DNA of 64,000 nt, taken from assembly GCA_963422305.1 (NCBI GenBank), contig OY729422.1, positions 4,185,289 to 4,249,288 of the forward strand. The letters are read 5' to 3'. The stretch's first letter is position 1; every line of letters starts with the position of its first letter. This stretch comes from Bryobacterales bacterium. GTDB lineage: Bacteria > Acidobacteriota > Terriglobia > Bryobacterales > UBA6623. The translations under genes were made by a program, and so were the position numbers. Below the pieces are notes generated by a model. It was not told the origin of the DNA. It saw nothing but the letters and a program-made list of their open reading frames with translations, and searched no databases. This document shows, one piece after another, positions 35,762 through 45,607 of the stretch.

Positions 35762-37972
35762 GTGAGCGCGCGTTTGATCTTCGCGAGCACCCTGTTGCTG
35801 AGCCTTTCGGCGGGGAGAGGGTCCGCCCGGCCGCAGGAGGAGACTGCGCGGCTGATCGACCAGATCGAATACCTGATCTCCAATGAATCTAAACTGCGCG
35901 TTTACGATTGGGTAGGGTTTTCGGTCGACGAATCTCACGTCACGTTGTCAGGAATCGTTACCCGCCCGTCTTTGCGGCTGTCGGTCGAACAGGCGGTCGC
36001 AAAGCTCGAAGCAGTCGAGTCGGTACGCAACGAAATCGAGGAGTTTCCACACTCCGGCGACGACATCGGGATGCGCATCAACGCCTACTGGCGGATTTAC
36101 GGTCATCCGGAAATTCGCCGCTATCTTTCCGGTGAGACGAAATTCAAGTCCAGGCTGCACCGGGCGCGGGACGACGTCCAAAGGATCCTTTTGCAGCCGG
36201 TTCACATTCTGGTGCGCAACGGCCACATCACGCTCGAAGGCGAAGTCGAGCAGCTCAGCGACAAACGAACCGTCGAGGGTCAGGCGCTGCAAGTGCTGGG
36301 TGTCCTCAGCGTGACCAATAACGTGATTGTCACCGGCGCCGATACCAAGGAATTCAAACCGGTCAATTTCGAAGCGGACCCCTGGTGGATGGACGCCGGC
36401 TCGGTCGAAGAACCCGTCTTGCGCATCGAGAATGCGTCGGGCGGCGTACGCGTGCGCGTAACAAACACGAACAGGGTCCGGGTACGCAGGGCCGGCGCCA
36501 ATCGGGAAGTTCGCGACGGCGACACCGCCACCACGCAATTTCGACGCAAGACGCGGATTCGGGCACAGCCTGCGGACGGGGAGCTGATCGATCTCGACGT
36601 CGATTTACCCTACGGCCACCGCTTGGAAATCGAAACCGTCGACGGCCCGATCACGCTCGAAGGCATGGTGCGCCGCGCGGCGCTGAAGACCGGAACGGGC
36701 GCGCTCAATATCGCCGCTCCATGGAAAACAACCCGACTGCAAGTCACATCGAAGTACCGCCCCGAGCATGTTGACATTCCCGATTTCCTACGTTCGACAA
36801 TCGTGCCGCCACGGGAGAGTCCCGGCAACATGGTGTGGACTCTGGTCGACTCGCATCTTCAGTCGCGGCCGCTTTACGGCAAGATTCGCATCGACGCGAA
36901 TCGACCGAAGCGGCTGACTCTGCGGGAGGCGGAAGTCGCCGACGATTCACCGGTGCGCATGCATTGGGACGCGCCCCGCGTACTCGAAACCGTTTTCCGA
37001 AACCCGTTCGAACGCAAACTGATACAGCAGGGGGGCGGCGGCTCGAAACCGGACATGCGCACAACTGCCGCGGCGCCGGAAGCGTCGGTTTTCAGTTCCG
37101 AAGTCAGACTGGTCGATTTGACGGTATCCGTAGTGGATAGCGAAAATCGGCCGCTCACCGGTCTGCTGCCGGACGACTTTGAAGTGATCGATGACGGCGC
37201 GGAACAAAAGATTAAGATCGTGCAGGGCGCCGAGGCGCCGTTCAATCTGGTGCTGCTGCTCGATTGCAGCACGAGTACTCTGGTTGACCGCGAATCCGTT
37301 GTTGAAGCCGCGCGGCAGTTCACGATGACCGCCCGGCGCGCCGACCGCGTTGCGGTGTACGTGCTCGCCGACAGCTATCTCCACGTCCTGTCGCCGTTGA
37401 CCGATGATCACGATGCGGTGCTGCGCAAGATCGAAGACATTCCTCAGCTTTCGGGCGGGACGCCGCTCTACGACGCCATGGTGCTCTCCTATGCTCACGA
37501 ATTGGCCAAGCGGCGCCTGCAGCGCAACGCCCTGATCGTGATCAGTGACGGCATGGACAACGACTTGCTGCCCAATTGGAACCGGTCGGTGCCTTCCGAA
37601 GTGGCCTCCGGAGAGCTTGAGCGCGCCGCGGCGGAGATGAACGCCGTGATCTACCCGATCTTTCTGGAACCCGATCCTCCGGGCGTGCGCATCGAACGCA
37701 GCTGGCGGGAAAGATCGCGGCGCCTCGCCAATCGGGCGCGGGACAGGCTGACCCGTATCGCCGCGGCTTCGGGGGGGCGGTTGTTCAGCGCAAGATCGAT
37801 CGGCGACCTGGAACCTGTTTACGAAGCAGTCGCGAACGAGCTTCGCAGCGTCTATACGTTGGGCTACTACCCATCGAATCAGCAGTTCGACGGCGCTTGG
37901 CGGCGGATTCGGGTTCGTGTCGACCGGGCCGACGCGCGGGTAAGAACCCGACCCGGATACTACGGCTGGTGA
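35762..37972 (+). CDS. BON-domain plus VWA (VWFA-related acidobacterial domain) protein
   Basis: GTG start and signal peptide. Two BON-like units (VYDWVGFSVDESHVTLSGIV.., ILVRNGHITLEGEVEQLSDK..). C-terminal ..VRLVDLTVSVVDSENRPLTGLLPDDFEVIDDG..LLLDCSTST..GGTPLYDA..YTLGYYP..WRRIRVRV..VRTRPGYY. Confidence 0.8.
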   Translation: MSARLIFASTLLLSLSAGRGSARPQEETARLIDQIEYLISNESKLRVYDWVGFSVDESHVTLSGIVTRPSLRLSVEQAVAKLEAVESVRNEIEEFPHSGDDIGMRINAYWRIYGHPEIRRYLSGETKFKSRLHRARDDVQRILLQPVHILVRNGHITLEGEVEQLSDKRTVEGQALQVLGVLSVTNNVIVTGADTKEFKPVNFEADPWWMDAGSVEEPVLRIENASGGVRVRVTNTNRVRVRRAGANREVRDGDTATTQFRRKTRIRAQPADGELIDLDVDLPYGHRLEIETVDGPITLEGMVRRAALKTGTGALNIAAPWKTTRLQVTSKYRPEHVDIPDFLRSTIVPPRESPGNMVWTLVDSHLQSRPLYGKIRIDANRPKRLTLREAEVADDSPVRMHWDAPRVLETVFRNPFERKLIQQGGGGSKPDMRTTAAAPEASVFSSEVRLVDLTVSVVDSENRPLTGLLPDDFEVIDDGAEQKIKIVQGAEAPFNLVLLLDCSTSTLVDRESVVEAARQFTMTARRADRVAVYVLADSYLHVLSPLTDDHDAVLRKIEDIPQLSGGTPLYDAMVLSYAHELAKRRLQRNALIVISDGMDNDLLPNWNRSVPSEVASGELERAAAEMNAVIYPIFLEPDPPGVRIERSWRERSRRLANRARDRLTRIAAASGGRLFSARSIGDLEPVYEAVANELRSVYTLGYYPSNQQFDGAWRRIRVRVDRADARVRTRPGYYGW

Positions 37973-38348
37973 TCGAACCCGGATATCTCCGGACTCGATC
38001 CGCTCGAGAAGCCACTGATGCGGGACTTGCGCCGGAATGTTGCTCACGTCCCCTTTTGCCGGGAAGCCCTTGGCAGATGCACGATGTCCGCTCCGTCGGC
38101 GCCCGGCAGCGGGGTGAACCGCAAGACGATCGATAGACTGAAAACTCGCGCGAAACTCCTCTCTTGTCTTGAGACGGACCCTTGGTTTCGGAAGCCGATT
38201 TATGGTAACGCTCTACAATGAGCAGGGAGTCGTCGCGAACCAATGCGACAAAACGCTTCCACGTTTTTACTATAGATTTCGTCTTTCACTGTGAGAGGCA
38301 AGCGATTGCGTGATTTCCTTTGTCCTACCGCCGCCGGCAGCCAGGTCG

Positions 38349-38885
38349 ATGATCGAGACTGAACTCGATGTGAGACTTGGCAGCGAGGCTCAAGCCGAAA
38401 CGGATGCCGCGTTCATCGAGGCGCACATGCGCCGCGTGTTTCGGCTGATCTACCGCGTGGTGAACAACGTCTCCGACGCGCAAGATCTCACTCAGGATGC
38501 ATTCGTCAAAGCCCTCAAACGTCGGGAACAACTCCGAGACAACGCAAAATCGGGGCAATGGATGAGCCGCATCGCCGTTAACACGGCGCTCGACTTCGTT
38601 CGTAAGCGCAAGCGGGTTGTGTTCGAGGAAATTGAAAAGGCGCCGGAGATGCCGGCGGAGACACCGGAGCAAGCGGTTCTTCGCAGAGAACGGCATGCCT
38701 ATATCGAGGACGGGTTGCGTTTGCTATCCGAACGGGAGCGCGCTGCGTTGATCTTGCGCGACATCGAGGGACTTCCGGCATCCGCAGTCGCGCGCTGTCT
38801 CGGCTGCTCTCCCGCAACGGTGCGCTCTCATATTGCGAATGCGCGGGTGAAGTTCAAGAAATACGCGCAGGGGCGCCGGCCATGA
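38349..38885 (+). CDS. ECF-type RNA polymerase sigma factor
   Basis: Region 2 (RRVFRLIYRVVNNVSDAQDLTQDAFVKA) and region 4 (ERERAALILRDIEGLPASAVARCLGCSPATVRSHIANAR). An alternative GTG start lies at 38310. Confidence 0.85.
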   Translation: MIETELDVRLGSEAQAETDAAFIEAHMRRVFRLIYRVVNNVSDAQDLTQDAFVKALKRREQLRDNAKSGQWMSRIAVNTALDFVRKRKRVVFEEIEKAPEMPAETPEQAVLRRERHAYIEDGLRLLSERERAALILRDIEGLPASAVARCLGCSPATVRSHIANARVKFKKYAQGRRP

Positions 38886-39478
38886 AGATTTTCGGAGCGC
38901 ACCCCGGCGAGCGGGACCTGGCTTTGTTCGCCGGCGGCGAACTGGGTCCACTGTCGCGTTGGCGCATCGAGCGCCATCTGGAATCCTGTGCGTCGTGCAA
39001 GACCGAGGCGGCTGAATATTTCCATCTTGCCGATAAACTATCTGAGCTTTCGGAGTTACCGGATATCGATTGGAACGCGCTCTCCCATAATATCCAGGCC
39101 GCGGCATCGCAAGCGGCAGGCAAGAGGCCGGAGCCGAGCCTCGGTCGGCTATGGAAAGTCGCCGCCGTGACGGCCTCGGCAGCATGTCTGCTGCTGACGG
39201 TTCGGGTTGTTCACGAGCAGCGATCCCGGCCGGCGGCTACAGCGCCGCTTGAGACTCCAGCCGAAGAAGACCCGAACAAGCAAAAGGCCGATTTCGTCGA
39301 GGCGGCGGCAATTTCAGGCCGGGTGAACGATTTCGCGGATTACTATGTCTTCTCTACTGTCGGTTTCAAAGCATGGAGCAGTTCGGATGTGCAGATTACC
39401 GCCGAAGGCGGCCTGAGCCTGCGCAGCTTCGACGCCGGCTCCGGGGCGATGACTATTACTGAGTATTACGCCCCATGA
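38882..39478 (+). CDS. Anti-sigma factor (zf-HC2 type) with one TM segment
   Basis: ATGA overlap with the sigma gene. Contains H..SC.SC (ERHLESCASCKTE) and the TM segment WKVAAVTASAACLLLTV. Confidence 0.75.
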   Translation: MKIFGAHPGERDLALFAGGELGPLSRWRIERHLESCASCKTEAAEYFHLADKLSELSELPDIDWNALSHNIQAAASQAAGKRPEPSLGRLWKVAAVTASAACLLLTVRVVHEQRSRPAATAPLETPAEEDPNKQKADFVEAAAISGRVNDFADYYVFSTVGFKAWSSSDVQITAEGGLSLRSFDAGSGAMTITEYYAP

Positions 39479-40635
39479 AGCCGAGAAACTTTATCCGGCC
39501 AGGTGTAATCGCGGGGCTCGCGGTGGCTCTTTGCTTAACCGCGGTCTACGGCCAATACAATGACCCGAACCGCGTCGTTGCTGTTGCCGTACCGGCCGAA
39601 GTCCCGCTGGCGATTGTCTCGACAGACTTCAAAGATTCCGAAATCCGCCCGCGTGGCGGTACGCTCGTGATTGGCCTCGACGGGGAAGTCCGCCTCCGCA
39701 ACACCGGCGCCGGTCGAATCCGCGGGATTACCGTTGCGGTTTCTGCCGCGGAATCCGCTCTCGGTGGCCGTGCCGTCTTCGCGGCATCCAGTCTGAATGT
39801 TCCGCCGAGTAAAACTTTCCCTCTAAATCTCAACATGCGGTTGTTAAGGCCGCTGCCGTCCCCTGCCGGCGCGGTCGTCCGAGCAACCGTTGACGGCGTT
39901 CTTTACGACAATCTGGTTTTTACCGGTCCGAACCGCTTGGATTCCAAGCGGAAGATGACCGTGCGCGAGCTCGAAGCCCGTCGCGACCGCGAGCATTTCC
40001 GGACGATATTCGAATCCGAAGGCAGGGACGGCATCGTGCAGGCGATGCAGAGTAGTCTGCGGCGGCAAGCCGAACGGCCGACTCTTTCTGCCCGTCTCGC
40101 AGGACGCAGCGGCGCTGCGATTGCTGCTGCCGGCAAGCCTCACAAGCTCGAACTGGCAATGGTCGGTTCCGCCGGCGCGCCTCTTTTATTGGATCGAGGT
40201 TCCGCCCTGGTCACGGGCGCGTACTCCGAAGCTCCCGCATTTCGTCTCATCAATCGCGCGGACCGCCCCTTACGGTCGTTCGAATTGGGCTGGGTGATCC
40301 AAGATGCGGGCGGTACGCGCTACTCGGCGGGTTCAGTTCCGATGGACGCCGCGCAATCAATTGCCGCGGGTGTTGTTTTCTCGAGCAGCGCTAAGCAGCA
40401 ATTTGCTTTTCGCTCAGCTCGGCACGGCCCCGGCCCGACCATCGAGGGTATGAGCGTGTACGTTCGGCATGCGCAGTTCTCAGACGGACGCATCTGGATT
40501 CCCAGCCGCTCCGACCTGGAAGCGGCGTCCTTGCTGGACGTCGTTCCGGTTTCAGCGGAAGAGCAACGCCTGACCGGTCTCTATCGCGAGCGCGGCCCCG
40601 ACGCGGTTACGGAAGAACTTCGCAAGTTCGAATAG
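39475..40635 (+). CDS. Secreted protein of unknown function, apparently two related domains
   Basis: ATGA overlap with the anti-sigma gene. Signal peptide present. The N- and C-terminal halves show similar beta-rich patterns. No family recognised. Confidence 0.6.
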   Translation: MKPRNFIRPGVIAGLAVALCLTAVYGQYNDPNRVVAVAVPAEVPLAIVSTDFKDSEIRPRGGTLVIGLDGEVRLRNTGAGRIRGITVAVSAAESALGGRAVFAASSLNVPPSKTFPLNLNMRLLRPLPSPAGAVVRATVDGVLYDNLVFTGPNRLDSKRKMTVRELEARRDREHFRTIFESEGRDGIVQAMQSSLRRQAERPTLSARLAGRSGAAIAAAGKPHKLELAMVGSAGAPLLLDRGSALVTGAYSEAPAFRLINRADRPLRSFELGWVIQDAGGTRYSAGSVPMDAAQSIAAGVVFSSSAKQQFAFRSARHGPGPTIEGMSVYVRHAQFSDGRIWIPSRSDLEAASLLDVVPVSAEEQRLTGLYRERGPDAVTEELRKFE

Positions 40636-40640
40636 ACCCG

Positions 40641-42089
40641 TCAATCGGGCAGTGCCGAGCGCCATCCGGCTGCGAGCTGTAACTCCAGGCCGGCGATGTC
40701 ATCGCCGTAACGGGCTTGACCGGCCACGTTCCGCGCCTCGGTCGGATCCGCCCGATGATCGTAGAGTTCCCGCGCGAGTACGGGTCCGGACCGCCCCTCG
40801 CGCCACTCGACATATCGAAATCGGTCGGTCCGCAAGGCGTAGCCCATCATGTCGCCTTCGCCGCGGTGTCTGCTCTCGGTTCGATCTCTTGGGAATTGAC
40901 TGAAGGCGGCCTTTTTCCAAGTACGGGTCGGGGCGCTCATGAGCGGAACGAGACTGACTCCCTCAAGCCCCTCGTCCGGCGGTAAATGACACAACTCGAG
41001 CAGAGTCGGATAAATATCGACGAGCTCCGTCAAGCCTTCCACCGCATTCGCCGTCTGTCCGGGCGCGCTGACGATGAGCGGCGTCCGAGTCGCCACTTCG
41101 TAGTTGTTGGATTTCGTCCAAAGTCCCTGCTCGCCCAGATGAAAACCGTGATCGCTGCAAAGTGCGACGACCGTGTTCTCGCCCAAGCCGTTATGTTCAA
41201 GCGCGGTCAATACCCGCCCGATGAGGACATCGATGTAGCTGACGCAAGCGTAGTAGCCATGCCGGAGTTGTCTGATCTTTTCCTCGGGAATCGGCCCTTC
41301 AAGCGGAATGTCGCGATAGGTTTCCAACTCGTTCCAAGTCCGAACGGCGGCCTCGGGCGCCCCTTCGGGATGCGCAGACGGGCTTGGCGCCGGAATCGCG
41401 TCGGGGCTGTACAAATCCCAATATTTCCTGGGAGCGCAAAACGGCAGATGAGGTTTGCGAAAACCCACTCCCAGAAAGAACGGCTCGCCCACGCGCTTCA
41501 GATTGTCCAGCGCGCGTACCGCCTCTTTGCAGACGAGGCCGTCAATGTAGTAGTTGTCGGGAACGTCGGAGTCGTCGAACGAATTGCGTTTGAGCCCCCG
41601 GCCGAGGAGATTTTGCAGCGAGGCATAGCGTCGATCCCACGGCGGGAGTTGATCGTAGATCGGAGGGTCGGTCCATGACGGCGGGTCGGAGGACGACCGC
41701 CCGTTGCCGTGGTAGATCTTGCCGATGCCGCGCGTCACGTAGCCGTTGTTTTTGAAATGCTGCGGCAGCGTTACCGCATCGGGCAGAGTGTCTCGGAAAT
41801 GCGCTTCGAGATCCCAGACGCCGATGGCGTCCGGGCGTCTGCCGGTCAGCAGAGATGCCCGCGAGGGATTGCAAACGGCCTGCTGACAGTATGCTCGTCG
41901 AAAAACGGTTCCCCGCGACGCCAGTAGATCGATGTTCGGCGTGAATGCGGCCGGATCCCCGTAACAGCCCAGTGTAGGCCGTAAATCGTCGACCGCGATG
42001 AAAAGCGCGTTCTTACGCCGCCCCTGCGCCTCTAAAACCGGCCTCGCGCCGCAAGCCGTTAGAAATTCGCGTCTGGTAAAACACCCCAT
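40641..42089 (-). CDS. Sulfatase (iduronate-2-sulfatase-like, Cys-type)
   Basis: ALFIAVDDLRP and the FGly motif CNPSRASLLTGRRP. ATG 42089 (MGCFTRREFLTACG) is preferred over the ORF start at 42158. Confidence 0.85.
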   Translation of the reverse strand: MGCFTRREFLTACGARPVLEAQGRRKNALFIAVDDLRPTLGCYGDPAAFTPNIDLLASRGTVFRRAYCQQAVCNPSRASLLTGRRPDAIGVWDLEAHFRDTLPDAVTLPQHFKNNGYVTRGIGKIYHGNGRSSSDPPSWTDPPIYDQLPPWDRRYASLQNLLGRGLKRNSFDDSDVPDNYYIDGLVCKEAVRALDNLKRVGEPFFLGVGFRKPHLPFCAPRKYWDLYSPDAIPAPSPSAHPEGAPEAAVRTWNELETYRDIPLEGPIPEEKIRQLRHGYYACVSYIDVLIGRVLTALEHNGLGENTVVALCSDHGFHLGEQGLWTKSNNYEVATRTPLIVSAPGQTANAVEGLTELVDIYPTLLELCHLPPDEGLEGVSLVPLMSAPTRTWKKAAFSQFPRDRTESRHRGEGDMMGYALRTDRFRYVEWREGRSGPVLARELYDHRADPTEARNVAGQARYGDDIAGLELQLAAGWRSALPD

Positions 42090-42236
42090 CGTCGTTGTCG
42101 GAATTCTACTCCGGCGTTGCTGTCGCGTGTTGGAATGACGCGGCAAGAGTTGATACACTACCAGTAGTCCCTGGGGAGGATTCCTGCCTATGGGATCGAT
42201 TGATTTCTCATACGCTTCTCAGGGGTTGGTTCAGCC

Positions 42237-43046
42237 ATGCGTTTCTTTGTCGGCATCTCGATTTGGTTCGTCTCATTGGCGATGGCGGTCCCGTTCTTTA
42301 CGAAATGGTGGTGGATGCCGGATCCCATCACCGAACTCGGACGCGAGATCGATCAGGCGTTCATGTGGACGTTGATCGGTACCGGCGTCATCTTTATCCT
42401 GGCTCAGGCCGCGCTTGGCTACGCTGCGTGGAAGTTCGGACGCCGGTCCGACGAGCGCGCCATGGACATGCACGGCAACAACAAGCTGGAAATGACCTGG
42501 ACAGGCGCTGCGGCCGTCATTTTCGTCAGCCTGACGTTTGCCGGCCTTTCGGCGTGGGCCGAGGTTCGGTTTATCGACCATCGCGCAGACGACCCGACGC
42601 CGGACCGCGTTGTGATAGAAGTGACCGGTCAGCAGTTTGTCTGGAACATGCGTTACGCCGGAGCGGATAACAAGTTCGGGCCCGTCGATTTCTTGCAGTC
42701 CGACGATGCCGGCGGCAACCCGGTTGGCGTCGACCGCGGCCATCCTGACGGCGCGGACGACATCATGGTCCCCGAGATGCGCGTCCCGGTAAACAAAGAA
42801 GTCGAGCTCACCTTGAAGTCGAAAGACGTTCTCCACAATTTTTTCGTGCCGGAGCTACGCATCAAGCTCGACACGGTTCCCGGCTTGATCGGCAAGCTGC
42901 GCTTTACGCCCGACACCGTGGGCAAGTATGAAATCGTGTGTTCCGAGCTCTGCGGACTGGGGCATTATAAGATGCGCAGTTTCCTACATGTAGTGAGCGA
43001 AGAAGATTACGACGCCTGGCTAAAGGAACAGGCTGAGTTCCTGTAG
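42237..43046 (+). CDS. coxB: Cytochrome c oxidase subunit II
   Basis: Two TM segments plus a cupredoxin domain with CuA ligands: HNFFVPELRIKLD...CSELCGLGHYKM. Confidence 0.9.
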   Translation: MRFFVGISIWFVSLAMAVPFFTKWWWMPDPITELGREIDQAFMWTLIGTGVIFILAQAALGYAAWKFGRRSDERAMDMHGNNKLEMTWTGAAAVIFVSLTFAGLSAWAEVRFIDHRADDPTPDRVVIEVTGQQFVWNMRYAGADNKFGPVDFLQSDDAGGNPVGVDRGHPDGADDIMVPEMRVPVNKEVELTLKSKDVLHNFFVPELRIKLDTVPGLIGKLRFTPDTVGKYEIVCSELCGLGHYKMRSFLHVVSEEDYDAWLKEQAEFL

Positions 43047-43084
43047 AGTTTCAGGGCGGCGTTAAGGAACCGTATATACCAGTC

Positions 43085-44902
43085 ATGACAGAAGTTGAAC
43101 TTTCCCCCGAAGTTTCCGAATACACGGAAGTTCACCGACACCCGGAACCGAAGACTTTCATTTCGAAGTGGATCTTTTCGGTCGACCACAAGGTGATCGG
43201 CATCCAGTATTTGCTGCTGGCGGTCGTTGCGGCGTTCGTCGGCATGGGGCTCAGCCTGCTGGTGCGGCTGCGGCTGGTGTGGCCCGAGAAGTCGTTCGCC
43301 ATTCTGGGCGATTTATTTCCGGTGGGCGCCCCGGACGGGGTGATGACTCCCGAATTTTACTTGGCAATGTTGACGATGCACGGCACGATCATGGTCTTCA
43401 TGGTGCTGACTACCGCTCCGCAAGGCGGTTTCGGCAACTATTTTCTGCCGATTCAAATCGGCGCGGCCGACATGGCCTTTCCCACGCTGAACATGCTGTC
43501 TTTCTGGACGACATTCGTTTCTTTCAGCTTTCTGATGGCTGCATTTTTCGTCGAAGGTGGAGCGCCCATGGCAGGCTGGACCGGCTATCCTCCGCTGAGC
43601 GCCGTGCCCGAGGCCGCCGTTCAAGGAATCGGGCAAGATCTTTGGATCGTGTCGATCGCGTTTTTCTGTATCGCCTCATTGCTGGCCGCCCTGAACTTCA
43701 TCGTGACCACGCTGGACATGCGGGCCAAGGGACTGACCATGATGCGTTTGCCCTTGACTGTCTGGACATGGTTCGTCACGGCAATCCTCGGCCTGCTCGC
43801 ATTCGGCGTGCTGCTGGCGGCGGGCGTGCTGCTTCTGATGGACCGCAACTTGGGTACCAGCTTCTTCGTTCCCGGCGGTCTGGTTGTCTCCGATAAGGCG
43901 ATCGACCACTCCGGCGGCTCGCCCATCTTGTGGCAGCACTTGTTCTGGTTCTTCGGCCACCCTGAAGTCTATATTGCGATCTTGCCCGGCATGGGCGTGA
44001 CTTCACACCTGCTGGCAACTTTCGCCCGCAAGCAGGTTTACGGCTACAAGGCGATGGTTTACGCCGTCGCGGCCATCGGCATCCTCGGCTTTGTCGTGTG
44101 GGGCCACCACATGTTCGTTAGCGGCATGAGCCCGTACTCGGCGTTCGTCTTCTCCGTGCTGACGATGTGTATCGGCGTTCCATCCGCCATCAAGACGTTT
44201 AACTGGATCGGCACGCTTTGGGGAGGCCGGATACGATTTACGTCGCCGATGCTCTATTCGATCGGCTTCGTGTCGCTATTCGTTTCCGGCGGACTGTCCG
44301 GTATTTTCCTCGGTCAGCCGACGATCGACCTCTACTTCCACGACACGTACTTCGTCGTCGCCCACTTTCATTTGATCATGGGCGTCGCGGCGATCTTCGG
44401 CATGTTTGCCGGCGTGGCCTTCTGGTTCCCTAAAATGTTCGGACGTTGGATGGACGAAAGTTTGGGCAAGATCCATTTCTGGTGTACATTCGTCGGCGTT
44501 TACGCGATCTTTGGACCGATGCACTACCTGGGCATGTTGCCGCACCCGCGGCGCTACGCCGAGTTCACCGGCGTCGATTACTTGCAGACGGGCGGCGCCG
44601 GAGACCTGCATTACTTCATTACGGTCGCGGCGATGTTTACCATCACCGTACAATTCTTGTTCCTGTTTAATTTCGTCAAGAGCATATTCGCCGGAAAACC
44701 ATGCACCGAAGCCAACCCCTGGGAAGCGACAACGCTCGAATGGACGATTCCTTCTCCGCCTCCGCACGACAATTTCGGCGGTAAGGTTCCGCACGTTTAT
44801 CGTGGCTCATACGATTTCAGCTTGCCCGGCGCGAAGCGGGACTTTGCCATGCAGTGCAACAAAGACGAAGCCGTATACGGCGGCGCGGCAGCCGGGGATT
44901 AG
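43085..44902 (+). CDS. ctaD: Cytochrome c oxidase subunit I
   Basis: 605-aa protein with WFFGHPEVYI, GHHMF and FHDTYFVVAHFH signatures. Confidence 0.95.
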   Translation: MTEVELSPEVSEYTEVHRHPEPKTFISKWIFSVDHKVIGIQYLLLAVVAAFVGMGLSLLVRLRLVWPEKSFAILGDLFPVGAPDGVMTPEFYLAMLTMHGTIMVFMVLTTAPQGGFGNYFLPIQIGAADMAFPTLNMLSFWTTFVSFSFLMAAFFVEGGAPMAGWTGYPPLSAVPEAAVQGIGQDLWIVSIAFFCIASLLAALNFIVTTLDMRAKGLTMMRLPLTVWTWFVTAILGLLAFGVLLAAGVLLLMDRNLGTSFFVPGGLVVSDKAIDHSGGSPILWQHLFWFFGHPEVYIAILPGMGVTSHLLATFARKQVYGYKAMVYAVAAIGILGFVVWGHHMFVSGMSPYSAFVFSVLTMCIGVPSAIKTFNWIGTLWGGRIRFTSPMLYSIGFVSLFVSGGLSGIFLGQPTIDLYFHDTYFVVAHFHLIMGVAAIFGMFAGVAFWFPKMFGRWMDESLGKIHFWCTFVGVYAIFGPMHYLGMLPHPRRYAEFTGVDYLQTGGAGDLHYFITVAAMFTITVQFLFLFNFVKSIFAGKPCTEANPWEATTLEWTIPSPPPHDNFGGKVPHVYRGSYDFSLPGAKRDFAMQCNKDEAVYGGAAAGD

Positions 44903-44938
44903 CAGAGAAGCCCGCACGCGGCCGCCAACGCCGGACAA

Positions 44939-45604
44939 ATGACCACCACGACACTCACGCCGACCGAGACCCAAACCGAGCCGACTACGAACGGCGGCGG
45001 TACAGTCGCCAGGCCTCCACACCGATATGGCGGCGGGAGCAGCGGACCGTTTTCCAACCGAGCTTTGATCCAACGTTACAAACTTGGCGTGTGGATAGGC
45101 GTCGGCGGCATCATCATGTTTTTTGCCGCGCTGACAAGCGCGATGGTTGTCCGCAGCGGGCTTTCCAACGATTGGAAACCGTTCGATGTCCCCTGGATCT
45201 TGTTTCTGAGCACAGCGGTTTTGCTCGTTTCGAGTTTCACGCTCGAAGGCGCGCGCCGTCGGATGATCGCGGGGGATTGGACCGGCGTCCGCTTGTGGGT
45301 CAATGGAACAGCGGCGCTCGGTTCGGTTTTTCTAGCTTGTCAACTCCTTGGATGGCAGGCGCTCTCCGAGCGAGGGTTTTTTCTGGCTTCGAACCCGGCG
45401 AATTCGTTTTATTACTTGCTCACCGCGGGCCACGGACTTCACCTGCTGGGCGGCATGCTGGCTCTCGGCTACGTCTGGATGAGAGTTCGCGCGCCGCAGC
45501 GGTGGGCAACACGAGAGGCGGTCATCGAAGCGGCCGCGCTGTATTGGCATTTTATGGATGTCCTTTGGATTTACATCCTCGGTCTCCTGGCGTTCTGGAG
45601 GTAA
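44939..45604 (+). CDS. ctaE: Cytochrome c oxidase subunit III
   Basis: Heme-copper oxidase subunit III-like TM pattern, ..YWHFMDVLWIYI.. Confidence 0.8.
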   Translation: MTTTTLTPTETQTEPTTNGGGTVARPPHRYGGGSSGPFSNRALIQRYKLGVWIGVGGIIMFFAALTSAMVVRSGLSNDWKPFDVPWILFLSTAVLLVSSFTLEGARRRMIAGDWTGVRLWVNGTAALGSVFLACQLLGWQALSERGFFLASNPANSFYYLLTAGHGLHLLGGMLALGYVWMRVRAPQRWATREAVIEAAALYWHFMDVLWIYILGLLAFWR

Positions 45605-45607
45605 TCG

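Noticed and set aside
38231-38270. ECF-type autoregulated promoter (GAACC ... CGT) upstream of the sigma gene
   Set aside because: The spacing between the AAC and CGT elements is about 21 nt, longer than the usual 16-17 nt, so the match is not convincing.
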